Below are positions 9,006 to 20,548 of a stretch of 64,000 nt of DNA, piece after piece. The notes beneath the pieces were generated by a model, which worked only from the letters and a program-made list of their open reading frames with translations, was not told the DNA's origin and searched no databases. Source of the stretch: Promethearchaeota archaeon (GTDB taxonomy: Archaea; Asgardarchaeota; Lokiarchaeia; Sigyniarchaeales; SOKP01); the NCBI GenBank assembly GCA_019057795.1, contig JAHLWS010000082.1, forward strand, positions 96,001-160,000. The letters run 5' to 3'. Numbering within the stretch: position 1 is the first letter of the stretch; each line of letters opens with the position of its first letter. A program made the translations under genes and the position numbers.

Positions 9006-11978
9006 ATGAGCTATTCGTTTAGTCGTACTAAATTAATTGATAAAATCAAATTCGGGCTGTTGAGCCCCGATGAGATTAGAAAAATGTCTGCTGCAAGAAT
9101 AATAACAGCCGACACATATGATGAAGATGGACTACCCATACCTAGTGGGCTTATGGACCAACGTTTAGGAACTATTGAGCCAGGACAGAGATGTCAGACT
9201 TGCGGTAACCTCGTAAGTAACTGTATGGGACACTTTGGGCATATAGAACTCGCCCGCCCCGTAATCCATGTCGGATATGCGAAAAAAGTATTGAAAGTTT
9301 TAAGAAGCATCTGTCCAGAATGTTCGAGGTTAATGCTGACAGAAGAAGAAATGGAAGGTTTTAGAGAAGAACAAACAAAACACAGAAAGATTTACTCTGA
9401 AGCGGATGAAGAAGCAACTAAGATGGTATTCAAGCTTGCGCGAAAGGGTAAAATTTGTCCTTATTGTGGAGCTAAAAAGAAGAAGATTGTTATCGAAAAA
9501 CCTACAACTTATTACGAAGAGGAGGAAAATAAGGGTTCTCATAGAATAACTCCTATTGAGATTTTAGAACGCCTTAAAAAAATGACTGATAACGATCTTA
9601 GGATCTTAGGAGTATCTCCTGAAAACGCAAGACTTGAATGGGTTATCTTTACAGTATTGTCTATTCCCCCCGTTTGTGCGAGACCTTCAATTACATTAGA
9701 TAGTGGAATCAGATCTGAAGATGATTTAACTCATAAATTAGTTGATGTTATTCGTATTAATCAAAGATTAAGAGAAAATATTGACGCTGGTGCCCCTCAC
9801 TTAATTGTTGAGGATTTATGGGAATTGCTCCAATATCACATTACTACTTATTTAGATAACCAAGTGTCAGGAATTCCTCCAGCAAGACATCGCTCAGGGA
9901 GGGCATTGAGAACACTCACCCAAAGATTAAAAGGAAAGGAAGGGAGATTTAGAAGCAACCTTAGCGGGAAAAGGGTTGATTTTTCCGCGCGATCAGTAAT
10001 ATCACCATCTCCTTATATCAGTATTAACGAAGTTGGTGTACCAATTGCCATTGCTAAAATCTTAACTATTCCAACTAATGTTAACGATTGGAATATTGAA
10101 GAAATGAAACATTTAGTTTTAAAGGGACCATTAGACCATCCGGGAGCTAACTATATAATTAGAACCGATCGTAGAAGAGTAGACCTGCGATACGTTAAAA
10201 ATCGAGAAATTATTGCTGAAATGCTTGCTCCTGGATTTACTGTTGAGCGCCATTTAGCAGACGGCGATCTGGTATTATTTAATCGACAACCTTCTCTTCA
10301 TAGAATGTCTATTATGGCTCATGAAGTAAAAATCATGGAAGGTAAAACATTCCGATTAAATTTAACAGTTTGTCCACCTTATAATGCTGATTTTGATGGT
10401 GACGAAATGAATTTGCATGTTCCCCAAAGTGAAGAGGCTCGAACGGAAGCTGAATTATTACTCAAGGTTCAAGAGCATATTTTATCTCCACGATTTGGCG
10501 GACCAATTCTTGGAGGAATTCAAGATTTTATTTCTTCAGTTTTTCAGTTTACCAGTTTAAATTCACTTTATAACAAAAAAGATGCTTTAAAGTTATTATA
10601 TTTAGGAGATGTTTTTGAGTCTAAGCCCGATTTTAATTTAGAAGATTTGACTCCCATAACTACAGACCCTGAACCGCTCTACTCCGGAAAACAAATTTTT
10701 AGCACTTTGTTTCCTAACGATTTGAATATAAAAGTCAAATCAAAATTTTGCAAAAAATGCGATGTATGCGAACAAGAAGACTGTCCGTACGACGCCTATG
10801 TCGTAATTAAAAACGGCATATTATTAGCTGGAACAATTGACGAGAATTCATTTGGAGCTATGCAACCTAATAGCATTTTGCAAAGAATAATTAAAGACCA
10901 CGGAAACGCTCGTGGAAGAGCGTTTTTAGATAGCGCTACAAAAATGTTATTGTATGTTATCCGACAAAATGGAATGACAATGGGTTTAGATGAAGTATAT
11001 GTTCATGGAGAAGCTTACGAAAAAATTCAAAAAATATTGGAAGATGCTAACAATGAATCACAAAAATTAATAAAAGCCCTATTCGAAAATGACACCACCG
11101 TTTTAAAAAGAGCCCCTGGACGCTCAATGCGCGAAACGCTAGAACTTAGAATTCGACAAATACTTGCAGAAGCGCGGAAAATGGCTGAAGAAACAGCATC
11201 TGACTATATCGGAGATGAGGCTCATTCTGTAATTATGACAAAATCAGGTGCGAGAGGAAATATATTAAATTTAGGACAAATGTCTGCCGTTGTAGGCCAA
11301 CAAGCGATTAGAGGCGAAAGAATTAATCGAGGATATATTGCAAGAGCACTCCCTCATTTCAAAGTAAATGATTTAAGCCCTCGAGCTCGTGGTTTTGTCG
11401 AATCTTCTTACCGAAAAGGGTTAAAACCAGCGGAATTCTTCTTCCATGCGATGGGTGGGAGAGAGGGCCTTGTAGATACGGCAGTTCGCACATCCACAAG
11501 TGGATATATGCAAAGAAGGCTTGTAAACGCTTTACAAGATATGATAATTGAAAACGATGGGACTGTAAGAAATAGTGACAAAAATATTATTCAGTTTAGA
11601 TATGGTGATGACGGTATAGATCCTATGCATACTGACCATTCTGCAGCTGTTAATCTTGATGTATTACTGCTTAAGGCTAAAGCACTTGATATTAATCAAA
11701 TTCGAGAAGAAATTAAAGAATCGCCAAAACTCAAAACAACAACAAAAAAACCTAAAGCAACAACAAAAAAACCTAAAGCAACAACAAAAAAACCTAAAGC
11801 AACAACAAAATCTAAAAAACCAAATATTAAAAAACAACCCGAACCTGATCAAAAAGATCAAATTCTTAGCGACGAGGAATTAAGGAAATTATATGAAAAA
11901 AACACAGGAAAAAACGCAGAGTGGCGAGGAAAGCTCACAAAAGGATATTTAGAATGGAAGAAAGAAAAATTAGGATAG
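9006..11978 (+). CDS. rpo1N: DNA-directed RNA polymerase subunit Rpo1N (A') with ~100-aa C-terminal extension
   Basis: NADFDGDEMN catalytic loop, GHFGHIEL, GGREGLVDTAVRT. Confidence 0.98.
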   Translation: MSYSFSRTKLIDKIKFGLLSPDEIRKMSAARIITADTYDEDGLPIPSGLMDQRLGTIEPGQRCQTCGNLVSNCMGHFGHIELARPVIHVGYAKKVLKVLRSICPECSRLMLTEEEMEGFREEQTKHRKIYSEADEEATKMVFKLARKGKICPYCGAKKKKIVIEKPTTYYEEEENKGSHRITPIEILERLKKMTDNDLRILGVSPENARLEWVIFTVLSIPPVCARPSITLDSGIRSEDDLTHKLVDVIRINQRLRENIDAGAPHLIVEDLWELLQYHITTYLDNQVSGIPPARHRSGRALRTLTQRLKGKEGRFRSNLSGKRVDFSARSVISPSPYISINEVGVPIAIAKILTIPTNVNDWNIEEMKHLVLKGPLDHPGANYIIRTDRRRVDLRYVKNREIIAEMLAPGFTVERHLADGDLVLFNRQPSLHRMSIMAHEVKIMEGKTFRLNLTVCPPYNADFDGDEMNLHVPQSEEARTEAELLLKVQEHILSPRFGGPILGGIQDFISSVFQFTSLNSLYNKKDALKLLYLGDVFESKPDFNLEDLTPITTDPEPLYSGKQIFSTLFPNDLNIKVKSKFCKKCDVCEQEDCPYDAYVVIKNGILLAGTIDENSFGAMQPNSILQRIIKDHGNARGRAFLDSATKMLLYVIRQNGMTMGLDEVYVHGEAYEKIQKILEDANNESQKLIKALFENDTTVLKRAPGRSMRETLELRIRQILAEARKMAEETASDYIGDEAHSVIMTKSGARGNILNLGQMSAVVGQQAIRGERINRGYIARALPHFKVNDLSPRARGFVESSYRKGLKPAEFFFHAMGGREGLVDTAVRTSTSGYMQRRLVNALQDMIIENDGTVRNSDKNIIQFRYGDDGIDPMHTDHSAAVNLDVLLLKAKALDINQIREEIKESPKLKTTTKKPKATTKKPKATTKKPKATTKSKKPNIKKQPEPDQKDQILSDEELRKLYEKNTGKNAEWRGKLTKGYLEWKKEKLG
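11737..11810 (+). repeat. 21-bp tandem repeat x3.5 (CAACAACAAAAAAACCTAAAG) encoding the heptad ATTKKPK
   Basis: Three exact units at 11737, 11758 and 11779 plus a partial unit. Confidence 0.95.
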
Positions 11979-11986
11979 ATTTTTAA

Positions 11987-13210
<1,224 letters not shown>

Positions 13211-13424
13211 TATACAATATAGCTATACAGCACGAATTATAATCATAACCAACGGTTTTACCGCATTTTAAACACAAAAAAATAAAAACACAAAAAAAAA
13301 AATTTAGAAATCCTTAAGAGTAAGAAATAGGGGAACAAGCGATAAAATTTTATATTATTATGAATTTATTTTATTACTTTATTATTGATAATTAAAACGA
13401 ATACTATTTGAAAAGTCGATATCG

Positions 13425-13802
13425 ATGGCAAGGAAAAGCAAAAAGATGATAGAATCACTGGATTTATCTCGAAAGAAGATTAAAGTATTTGATGTCGATA
13501 CTAATATTAAAGTTGCATATAAGACGGGTACTCTGGTATATGGTAAATCCCAAGTTCTTAGTCAACTAAGGCAAAAATCCTTTAAGATGCTTATCATCGC
13601 AAACAACTGTCCGGCCGAATTAGACGCTCAATTAAGTTATTATAACTCTCTTATGAACAATATTCTCTTCATTCACAGATATCATGGCTCTTCGTGGGAG
13701 TTAGGACTAGCAATGGGCAAACCTTATATGATCTCTATTATTGGAGTCAACGATTTTGGAGATTCAGACTTATTATCTTTAAAAACCAAAAGTAATCAAT
13801 AA
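13425..13802 (+). CDS. rpl30e: 50S ribosomal protein L30e
   Basis: KTG.LVYG, IIANNCP, ELGLAMGKP, GDSD; conserved operon position. Confidence 0.9.
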   Translation: MARKSKKMIESLDLSRKKIKVFDVDTNIKVAYKTGTLVYGKSQVLSQLRQKSFKMLIIANNCPAELDAQLSYYNSLMNNILFIHRYHGSSWELGLAMGKPYMISIIGVNDFGDSDLLSLKTKSNQ

Positions 13803-13806
13803 ATAC

Positions 13807-14295
13807 GTGGAATATAAAAATATGTTACGCAAAAGGATCAAACTAGATCGTCAATCAATGGAATTAATTTCGCTATTTAATAATATCTCCGGTGCGATTA
13901 TTAAAGATTGTTTAATATTTGAATCTCCAGAAAATAATTCTGAGATAATCATTTTTTTAGTTAAAAAAGAAGATGTAGGGAAAGCAATTGGTAAAGCTGG
14001 AGAACATGTGAAGGACCTCATGGCCAAACTTCAAAAAAAGATCGATGTAATCCCTTGGTCAGAAAATCTCGAGCAATTCATTCAATTTATTTTAAATACT
14101 ACTAAGAATTCAATTCAAGTTCAAAATATTGAAATTAAGGAAAGTAGAAACGAAAAGAAAACCGTGATTATTTCCGTGCGACCTCAAGATCGTGGAAAAG
14201 CAATAGGTAAAGAAGGTTCTATGATAAGAAAAATAAAATTGCTTGTGCTCCGCCATTTTGAGATTGATAATGTAATAATCAACACAAAAAATTAA
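13807..14295 (+). CDS. nusA: Archaeal NusA-like transcription factor (two KH domains)
   Basis: GKAIGK.G occurs twice; lies between rpl30e and rps12. Confidence 0.92.
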   Translation: MEYKNMLRKRIKLDRQSMELISLFNNISGAIIKDCLIFESPENNSEIIIFLVKKEDVGKAIGKAGEHVKDLMAKLQKKIDVIPWSENLEQFIQFILNTTKNSIQVQNIEIKESRNEKKTVIISVRPQDRGKAIGKEGSMIRKIKLLVLRHFEIDNVIINTKN

Positions 14296-14396
14296 ATATC
14301 TAATTCTCTAAATTCAAAAATTTTAAGTTTAAAGAGATATTTAAATCATATAATAAATACGTAAGAACAAATATAAAATTTTTAAGGTATCTTTCA

Positions 14397-14831
14397 ATGG
14401 GAAAAACCAAAGGATTGTATGCAGCTCGTAAGCTGAAAATGAATCGTAAGAAATTTCGATGGAGCAAAACAAAGTATAAAAGAAAGAAGCTTAAATTAAA
14501 ACAAAAAGTAGATCCCATGGAAGGCTCACCACAAGCTCTAGGTATCGTACTACAAAAAGTAGGACGAGAAAGCAAACAACCTAACTCAGCTATTCGAAAG
14601 TGCGTACGCGTTCAGTTAAAAAAGAATGGCAAAACTATAACTGCGTTTCTTCCTGGAGATGGGGCTTTGAACTTCATTGATGAACATGATAGAGTGATTG
14701 TGGAAGGAATTGGTGGCGCAAAGGGTCGTGCAGTTGGCGATCTCCCCGGAGTACGATGGCGGGTTGTGAAAGTAAACGACGTATCACTTCAAGCCTTGAT
14801 TGCTGGCAAAGTAGAAAAACCAATGCGATAG
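14397..14831 (+). CDS. rps12: 30S ribosomal protein S12 (uS12)
   Basis: [22 protein letters not shown]. Confidence 0.98.
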   Translation: MGKTKGLYAARKLKMNRKKFRWSKTKYKRKKLKLKQKVDPMEGSPQALGIVLQKVGRESKQPNSAIRKCVRVQLKKNGKTITAFLPGDGALNFIDEHDRVIVEGIGGAKGRAVGDLPGVRWRVVKVNDVSLQALIAGKVEKPMR

Positions 14832-14841
14832 GTGAATTAAC

Positions 14842-15459
14842 TTGAGTAAAACAAAAAAAGATATTAAATTATTTAATAAATGGTCGTTTAACAACATTGA
14901 AATTAAAGATTGGACTCTTGAACATTACCTAAACTTAAGACCTGTTATCATACCGCACACTGCGGGAAAGCATGAACATAAGCGCTTTTGGAAAACTACT
15001 AAAATATCCATTGTTGAACGATTTGTAAACAGATTACTAGCACCTGGATTCATTGGTAGTAAGATTAAAGGGCATAAGAGCTCGTACGGCTCAGGAAAAA
15101 AAAGTAAATTTTTAAGGAGTTTAGAAGATGCGTTTACTTTGATAGAATTGAATACAGGCGTGAATCCTATCCAAATTTTAATTGAAGCGATTTGCAATAC
15201 GGCTCCAAGAGAAGAAACGACAAAGATTGCTCGAGGTGGAATTTCTTATGCGTCTGCTGTTGACATAGCTCCACAGCGCCGAGTAGATTTAGCAATTAAA
15301 TATTTAGTACAGGCTATTGGTGCAAGATCTCACTCAAACGAACGGCAATTTGCAGCGAATTTGGCTCAAGAATTAATATTAGCTTCGAATGATAGCCAAG
15401 AATCAAGGGCAGTAAAAAGAAAAGACGAAATTGAAAGGATAGCAGTATCAGCACGCTAA
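14842..15459 (+). CDS. rps7: 30S ribosomal protein S7 (uS7)
   Basis: NTAPREE, AVDIAPQRRVD, ERIAVSAR. Confidence 0.97.
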   Translation: MSKTKKDIKLFNKWSFNNIEIKDWTLEHYLNLRPVIIPHTAGKHEHKRFWKTTKISIVERFVNRLLAPGFIGSKIKGHKSSYGSGKKSKFLRSLEDAFTLIELNTGVNPIQILIEAICNTAPREETTKIARGGISYASAVDIAPQRRVDLAIKYLVQAIGARSHSNERQFAANLAQELILASNDSQESRAVKRKDEIERIAVSAR

Positions 15460-15741
15460 AAAACCTTCAATTCGAAAAATTATTTTGTACTCTTTTTATA
15501 AGTTATTTATTATGTACTTAATTTCATTAAAATCGTTTCTCTATGTACTAAAATAATTATAAATCCTCTTTAAAGAGTCAGAACAAGAAATTCTTTTGGA
15601 AAATTAAAAATTATATTGAATTTTATCACCTACATAATATCTATTCTCATTATGGTCTGTAAAATTCCTAATTTTTATATACCTCTTATATAATATTTAG
15701 TTAAGCAGAAATAATAATATTCAAGATTTATTGAACTTAAA

Positions 15742-17733
15742 GTGGATTCCGACAAAAATATTGATGTTCTAGAGAAACAGCTAAAAATACTAGGTCAAAA
15801 AATAAGAATTGACATTTTGAAAAAATTAAATGTCTGTCGTAATCCTTTATCTTATTCAATGCTTCAAAAAGAAGTTTTAGGTGCAAATCCAAACTCAGTT
15901 AATTTCTCTTTTCATTTAAAAGCGCTAAAAAATGGTAATTTAATATCAACTTCCGAGAGTGGTTATACTTTAAGCACATTAGGGAAACAAATTTTAAAAA
16001 ATATCGTATCGATGGAACAAATCCTCAACGATCAAAACAAACAGATTATGATAAGGACTTCTAAATACTCGAAAGAGCCTTTTAATGCGAATAAAATCGA
16101 AGCTTACTTGATTAAGGAAGGAGAGTTGGAGAAATCTTTAGCAATACAAATATCAGAGGAAGTAAAAGAGCGTCTTTCTAAAGCTAACATTGATTACTTA
16201 ACAACACCCTTAATGAGGGAATATATTAACGCGATTCTATTAGAAAATGGGCTAGAAGAAATAAGGCACAAATTAACTCGATTAGGGACTCCTCCTTTTG
16301 AAGCTTTTAGTTTTTTTGACAGAAACTTCAACCCCGAACAGTTTATCTCTAAGTTAGGATCCGATGTGTCTGAGCAATTTCTTTTGTTAAATTTGCTCCC
16401 TAAAAACTTAGCGGACTTATATTTATCAGGAGAGGTAGCTTTGTTAAACTTAAATTATTGGAGTTTAAGACCCTTAGGCTTCTATCTTGACTCAAAATCA
16501 ATAGTAGAGTATATCACCAAGCAGTCTTCGATTAATCTTAATAAATTGGATAATAATGTAGACTTTATTAATTTAATAATGAATTTTTTCGATATCTTAA
16601 CGAAATTCAAGCCTTATTTTTCTGAAGATATATTATTAGGCAATTTTAATAATTCCTTTTTATCTTATTTTAATTCTAACAAAAATACATCAAATATTCT
16701 TAATATCATAATTTCCCAAATTTTAAAACTCAGTAATAGGCAATACGATGAGAAACCTCACCTTTCTTTAGAATTCTCATTTTTGGATAATATTAAAAAG
16801 AATAATGCAGAAAATTCGAAAACTCATTTTTGCAACGACTTTTTAAAGAATTTAATCTATCAAATTAGCCTAAATAATGACCTTATATGTCCTTTAATGC
16901 TATACGATTATTCCGACTTTCTTAGCTCTAAAAGCGAGTCTGATAATTTAATAAAAGTTCTCACTTCAAGTTATCGTAATAATATTATATTCTATAAGAA
17001 CAACCATTCAAACTTGCTCAATTCAACGCTTACAAATGTCCACAAGCAAAATAAAAACGACGAAGAAAGAAATAAAATCGTTTTAGACAAAATTCTGATA
17101 AATTTACATATGATTGCTCAAAAATCTAACCAAAAAGATGACGTTTTTTTCGAAAATTTGCACGAAAAACTAGATTCTGTGTTTGAATTCTTTGTTAGTA
17201 AAAAAAAATTAGTAGATCGAAAATTAAAATCTTCAAATCATTGGAAGAAAATAATTTCCGAATTTTTTGAGCCGAAAAATGGTGATTGGATTGACGAGTC
17301 TTTAAAATCCATTAGTTTTTTTGGCTTAAATGAAGCTGTAAAAACGCATTGTGGTATTGAAATAGATAGAAACGTAAATAGCGAGGTTTTTGCCCAAAAA
17401 GTCTTAAATTTTATAATAGATATTATTGATGAAAATAATCAACGAGAGCATGGAAACTATATTTTTACTCAACCTCATAACGATAATTACCTATTTAATA
17501 AAGATTATAATTATCAACTTAGTTTAGGAGATAAAACTAAACGTTACAACATAGATTTGATTAGAGATGAATCAAAATTATCTTTCGAGAGAAAAATTGA
17601 ACTTCATAAGAAATTCGAAAAAATCCTAGACGGAGGGAGCATTTTTACATGTAATTTAAATAACTTACATTTACTTGAACATATAGAGATTTTAATAAAA
17701 TCAAAATTAAACGCGTTTTCAATTAGAGCTTAA
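15742..17733 (+). CDS. ArsR-type wHTH + ATP-cone + degenerate class III ribonucleotide reductase (NrdD-like) fusion
   Basis: N-terminal wHTH (RIDILK..FSFHLKAL); ATP cone (IRTS..EPFN..KI...YLTTPLMREYIN); NrdD-like INL, FFGLNEAV, ILDGGSI; no radical loop. Confidence 0.75.
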   Translation: MDSDKNIDVLEKQLKILGQKIRIDILKKLNVCRNPLSYSMLQKEVLGANPNSVNFSFHLKALKNGNLISTSESGYTLSTLGKQILKNIVSMEQILNDQNKQIMIRTSKYSKEPFNANKIEAYLIKEGELEKSLAIQISEEVKERLSKANIDYLTTPLMREYINAILLENGLEEIRHKLTRLGTPPFEAFSFFDRNFNPEQFISKLGSDVSEQFLLLNLLPKNLADLYLSGEVALLNLNYWSLRPLGFYLDSKSIVEYITKQSSINLNKLDNNVDFINLIMNFFDILTKFKPYFSEDILLGNFNNSFLSYFNSNKNTSNILNIIISQILKLSNRQYDEKPHLSLEFSFLDNIKKNNAENSKTHFCNDFLKNLIYQISLNNDLICPLMLYDYSDFLSSKSESDNLIKVLTSSYRNNIIFYKNNHSNLLNSTLTNVHKQNKNDEERNKIVLDKILINLHMIAQKSNQKDDVFFENLHEKLDSVFEFFVSKKKLVDRKLKSSNHWKKIISEFFEPKNGDWIDESLKSISFFGLNEAVKTHCGIEIDRNVNSEVFAQKVLNFIIDIIDENNQREHGNYIFTQPHNDNYLFNKDYNYQLSLGDKTKRYNIDLIRDESKLSFERKIELHKKFEKILDGGSIFTCNLNNLHLLEHIEILIKSKLNAFSIRA

Positions 17734-17753
17734 ATTGAAGCGTTTACTACGAA

Positions 17754-18689
17754 TTAATCTGATAAAAGTTCTGCTAAAATAGCCTTTCTCATAGGGATTC
17801 CATAGTACGTTTGTTTGAAGTAAATCGCTTTTGGTGAATCATCAATGTCAGGAGAAATTTCTGTAACTCTGGGTAGAGGATGCATAATTTTAAAATCGTC
17901 TTTAGTTTCCTTTAAATCTTTTTTTGTAAATACATATATATTTTTAACTCTATCGTATTCTTCAATGTCGGCAAACCTCTCTTTCTGAATTCTAGTAATG
18001 TAGAGAACATCCAAAATGTTTAAGATATCTCGATATTTTTCAATTTCTTTATATTTTGCTTGTCGTTGCCGTAAGAATTCCTTATCTCTTTTTCGCATCA
18101 TTAGCTCTTTAGGACTTATGAAATAGATGTTTACATCATAATTTGAAAGTAATATCGACAGAGAATGAACAGTCCTTCCGAATTTTAGGTCGCCCATTAT
18201 CCCAATATTTAAACCGTCTAACTTTTGACACTCTTCGGTAATCGTTAATAAATCTAACAAAGCTTGAGTTGGGTGCTCACCGCTCCCTGATCCCGCGTTT
18301 ATGATTGGTATTTTTGCAAATTTTGTGGCAAGTCTTGCTGATCCTTCTAAATTATGTCTTATAACAATGCCATCGCTATAATTTTCTACGGTTCGAATGG
18401 TGTCTGCGATGCTTTCTCCTTTCTTTATAGAAGAGACATCACCAGAATGGAAGCCAATTACGCTCCCCCCTAATCGATGCATTGCTGATTCAAAACTTAA
18501 ACGAGTCCTAGTCGAGGGTTCAAAAAATAAAGTCGCTAAAATTTTCCCCTTAAGGAGTTCTGAACTTTTCTTATTCTGAATCATTTCCTTGGCTTTTTTT
18601 AAGATATGATCGATATCTTCCCGCGAAAAATCTTTTGCTGATATGATTCCTTCCCTAAATTTCTCTTTGAATGACATAATTCTTAACAA
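17754..18689 (-). CDS. pyrB: Aspartate carbamoyltransferase catalytic subunit
   Basis: FFEPSTRTRLSFE, HPTQALLD, MHPLPR. Confidence 0.97.
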   Translation of the reverse strand: MLRIMSFKEKFREGIISAKDFSREDIDHILKKAKEMIQNKKSSELLKGKILATLFFEPSTRTRLSFESAMHRLGGSVIGFHSGDVSSIKKGESIADTIRTVENYSDGIVIRHNLEGSARLATKFAKIPIINAGSGSGEHPTQALLDLLTITEECQKLDGLNIGIMGDLKFGRTVHSLSILLSNYDVNIYFISPKELMMRKRDKEFLRQRQAKYKEIEKYRDILNILDVLYITRIQKERFADIEEYDRVKNIYVFTKKDLKETKDDFKIMHPLPRVTEISPDIDDSPKAIYFKQTYYGIPMRKAILAELLSD

Positions 18690-18826
18690 AAGTTTTAATA
18701 AAATTAGGTTATTACTACTTAAATTATTTTTTATCTATATCAATAAAAGAGTTATTCAGAACTAATAAAATTTAAAATTTATAAATAATTAATTAGTTTA
18801 ATTTAAAATTTGTAGTTGTTTGAAAA

Positions 18827-19108
18827 ATGAAATTTCCACGTACGATAAATCGGTATTGCCCAAAATGTCGCTCTCATACAAAGCACAACGTGACACTCTA
18901 TAAGAAAGGGAAGGAAAGAGCGATGAACCATGGACGAAGACGCCTAGAAAGAAAGAAAAAGGGCTACGGTAGCTTTCCTAAAGAGATATTTCATAAAAAC
19001 GCGAAAATGAATAAAAGATCTCAGCCAATATTAGAATGTTCTGAATGTGGTAAAAAACAATATTCAAAATCATACCGCGTAAAAAAATTCGAATTACAAG
19101 AAGTATAA
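18827..19108 (+). CDS. rpl44e: 50S ribosomal protein L44e
   Basis: YCPKC..HT.H, GYGS, LECSECG. Confidence 0.95.
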   Translation: MKFPRTINRYCPKCRSHTKHNVTLYKKGKERAMNHGRRRLERKKKGYGSFPKEIFHKNAKMNKRSQPILECSECGKKQYSKSYRVKKFELQEV

Positions 19109-19122
19109 AATTGTGAAAAATT

Positions 19123-19329
19123 ATGCCAAAGAAAAAAAGACCAAAGGATTTAATTCCCTATCCAAAAAGTAGGTTTTTACGTGTAAAATGCCTAAATTGT
19201 GGCAATCAGCAAATAATTTTTGGGTGTTCTTCTACAGATGTGGAATGTTTAGTATGCGGAAAACTATTACTTCAATCTACTGGTGGTAAAGCACGAATTC
19301 TAACCAAGATTTTAGAAGTGCTCTCCTAA
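19123..19329 (+). CDS. rps27e: 30S ribosomal protein S27e
   Basis: [22 protein letters not shown]. Confidence 0.96.
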   Translation: MPKKKRPKDLIPYPKSRFLRVKCLNCGNQQIIFGCSSTDVECLVCGKLLLQSTGGKARILTKILEVLS

Positions 19330-19369
19330 CTAACTTTCACCTTATTTGAGTTTTTATCTATTTATTTGA

Positions 19370-19395
19370 TCGTGAAACCACTCTTATTCTATAAA
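19370..19395 (+). repeat. attL candidate TCGTGAA-ACCACTCT-TATTCTATAAA
   Basis: Shares its 10-bp core with attR; outer arm is complementary to the outer arm of attR. Confidence 0.7.
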
Positions 19396-19726
19396 ATCTC
19401 ATATCAAATATATGAAACATAATTTCAAAACAAAATTTATTAAGAATTGCGAAAAATCAATATTTTTAATTATTTAAGACCAATATATCAATTTTGAGCA
19501 ATCTAAGAATCATAGTTCATTGTATCAAGCAAAATATATTATTTCTATATTAAATAAGAGAAAAGAAGCTATTTTTTAAAAATTAACGAAATTGTTAAAT
19601 GATATAATTATATTATTACAGATTTAAGGGTATCATTACTGTATCTGATATAAATGTATCATAAAAAATCAGCTATGATATTTTTATAACTTAGTTTAAA
19701 TAGATTTTGTAGTAATTATTTGTATA

Positions 19727-20044
19727 ATGTCTGTTCCAGAAAAAATTAGTGAAGTTTTAAAAAAAGAAAGCCGATTGAGTATTGCGGAAATTACTGAAAG
19801 GTTGAATGAAACAAGAAAGAGATTAGTTAGAGAAAGCGTATATAGACTTTTAAAGAGAAAGATTATTGTTAAAGACGGTAAAAAAGGAAAGGCTTATTTA
19901 TATTCACTAAAAGAGAACGCTATAGAACCAAAAATATTATTAAAAGAATTACATTCGATTATGAATAAAAGAATGGATTTTGTTGAAAAACCGAGCGAAA
20001 ATGAAACAAATACTATTAAAATAATTGAGGAAATGCTAAAATAA
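19727..20044 (+). CDS. Winged-helix DNA-binding protein (element)
   Basis: LSIAEITERL..VRESVYRLLKRKII..GKAYLYSL. Confidence 0.7.
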   Translation: MSVPEKISEVLKKESRLSIAEITERLNETRKRLVRESVYRLLKRKIIVKDGKKGKAYLYSLKENAIEPKILLKELHSIMNKRMDFVEKPSENETNTIKIIEEMLK

Positions 20045-20319
20045 TGACCTTGTTAGATAAATTGGAGAAATTCAAAAAAAAAGATTCTCTTCAGGGAGAG
20101 AGAAAGATTTCTACTGAAAGAAAAAAAATTATTATCTCAGAGCAAAAAACCCCGAAATTAGAAAGATTGAATGAAATTCCAAAGATTAACAAAAATCTTG
20201 AATTAATCCTAATAAAAAGCGTTTATGCTAACAGATTCGGTTCTACTACTAATAAATTAAAATCAGATATGCAAAAAGCGATAATAAATGCTTGGAAAAT
20301 AGAATATGAGAAGGGATGA
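20044..20319 (+). CDS. Hypothetical protein (element)
   Basis: Translationally coupled to the upstream gene (TAATG overlap). Confidence 0.6.
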   Translation: MTLLDKLEKFKKKDSLQGERKISTERKKIIISEQKTPKLERLNEIPKINKNLELILIKSVYANRFGSTTNKLKSDMQKAIINAWKIEYEKG

Positions 20320-20548
20320 TTGATTTTTACGTGTTATTACCTCAATTTACGGAAGCATTTAAGAAAAATTTAGAAAAACTGAAAAAATAGTATATTCTTT
20401 TTTTTAAGTTTTTTAGAATAATTAAAGCGTTTTTTAGATGTTTTTGATATTTTTATTGTATATTATACCATATCTAAAATAAAGATTTTTATCGGCTTAA
20501 AATTTTGGAATTTTATAGCATATCTCCGAATATCGTCTAAACTAAATT

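Noticed and set aside
11737-11810. CRISPR array, or true homology to the Pol II YSPTSPS CTD
   Set aside because: No spacers; sequence and position differ from the CTD, so only an analogy is claimed.
11656-11883. Alternative-frame and antisense ORFs (KQQQKNL and RFFCCCF repeats)
   Set aside because: Shadows of the 21-bp repeat within rpo1N.
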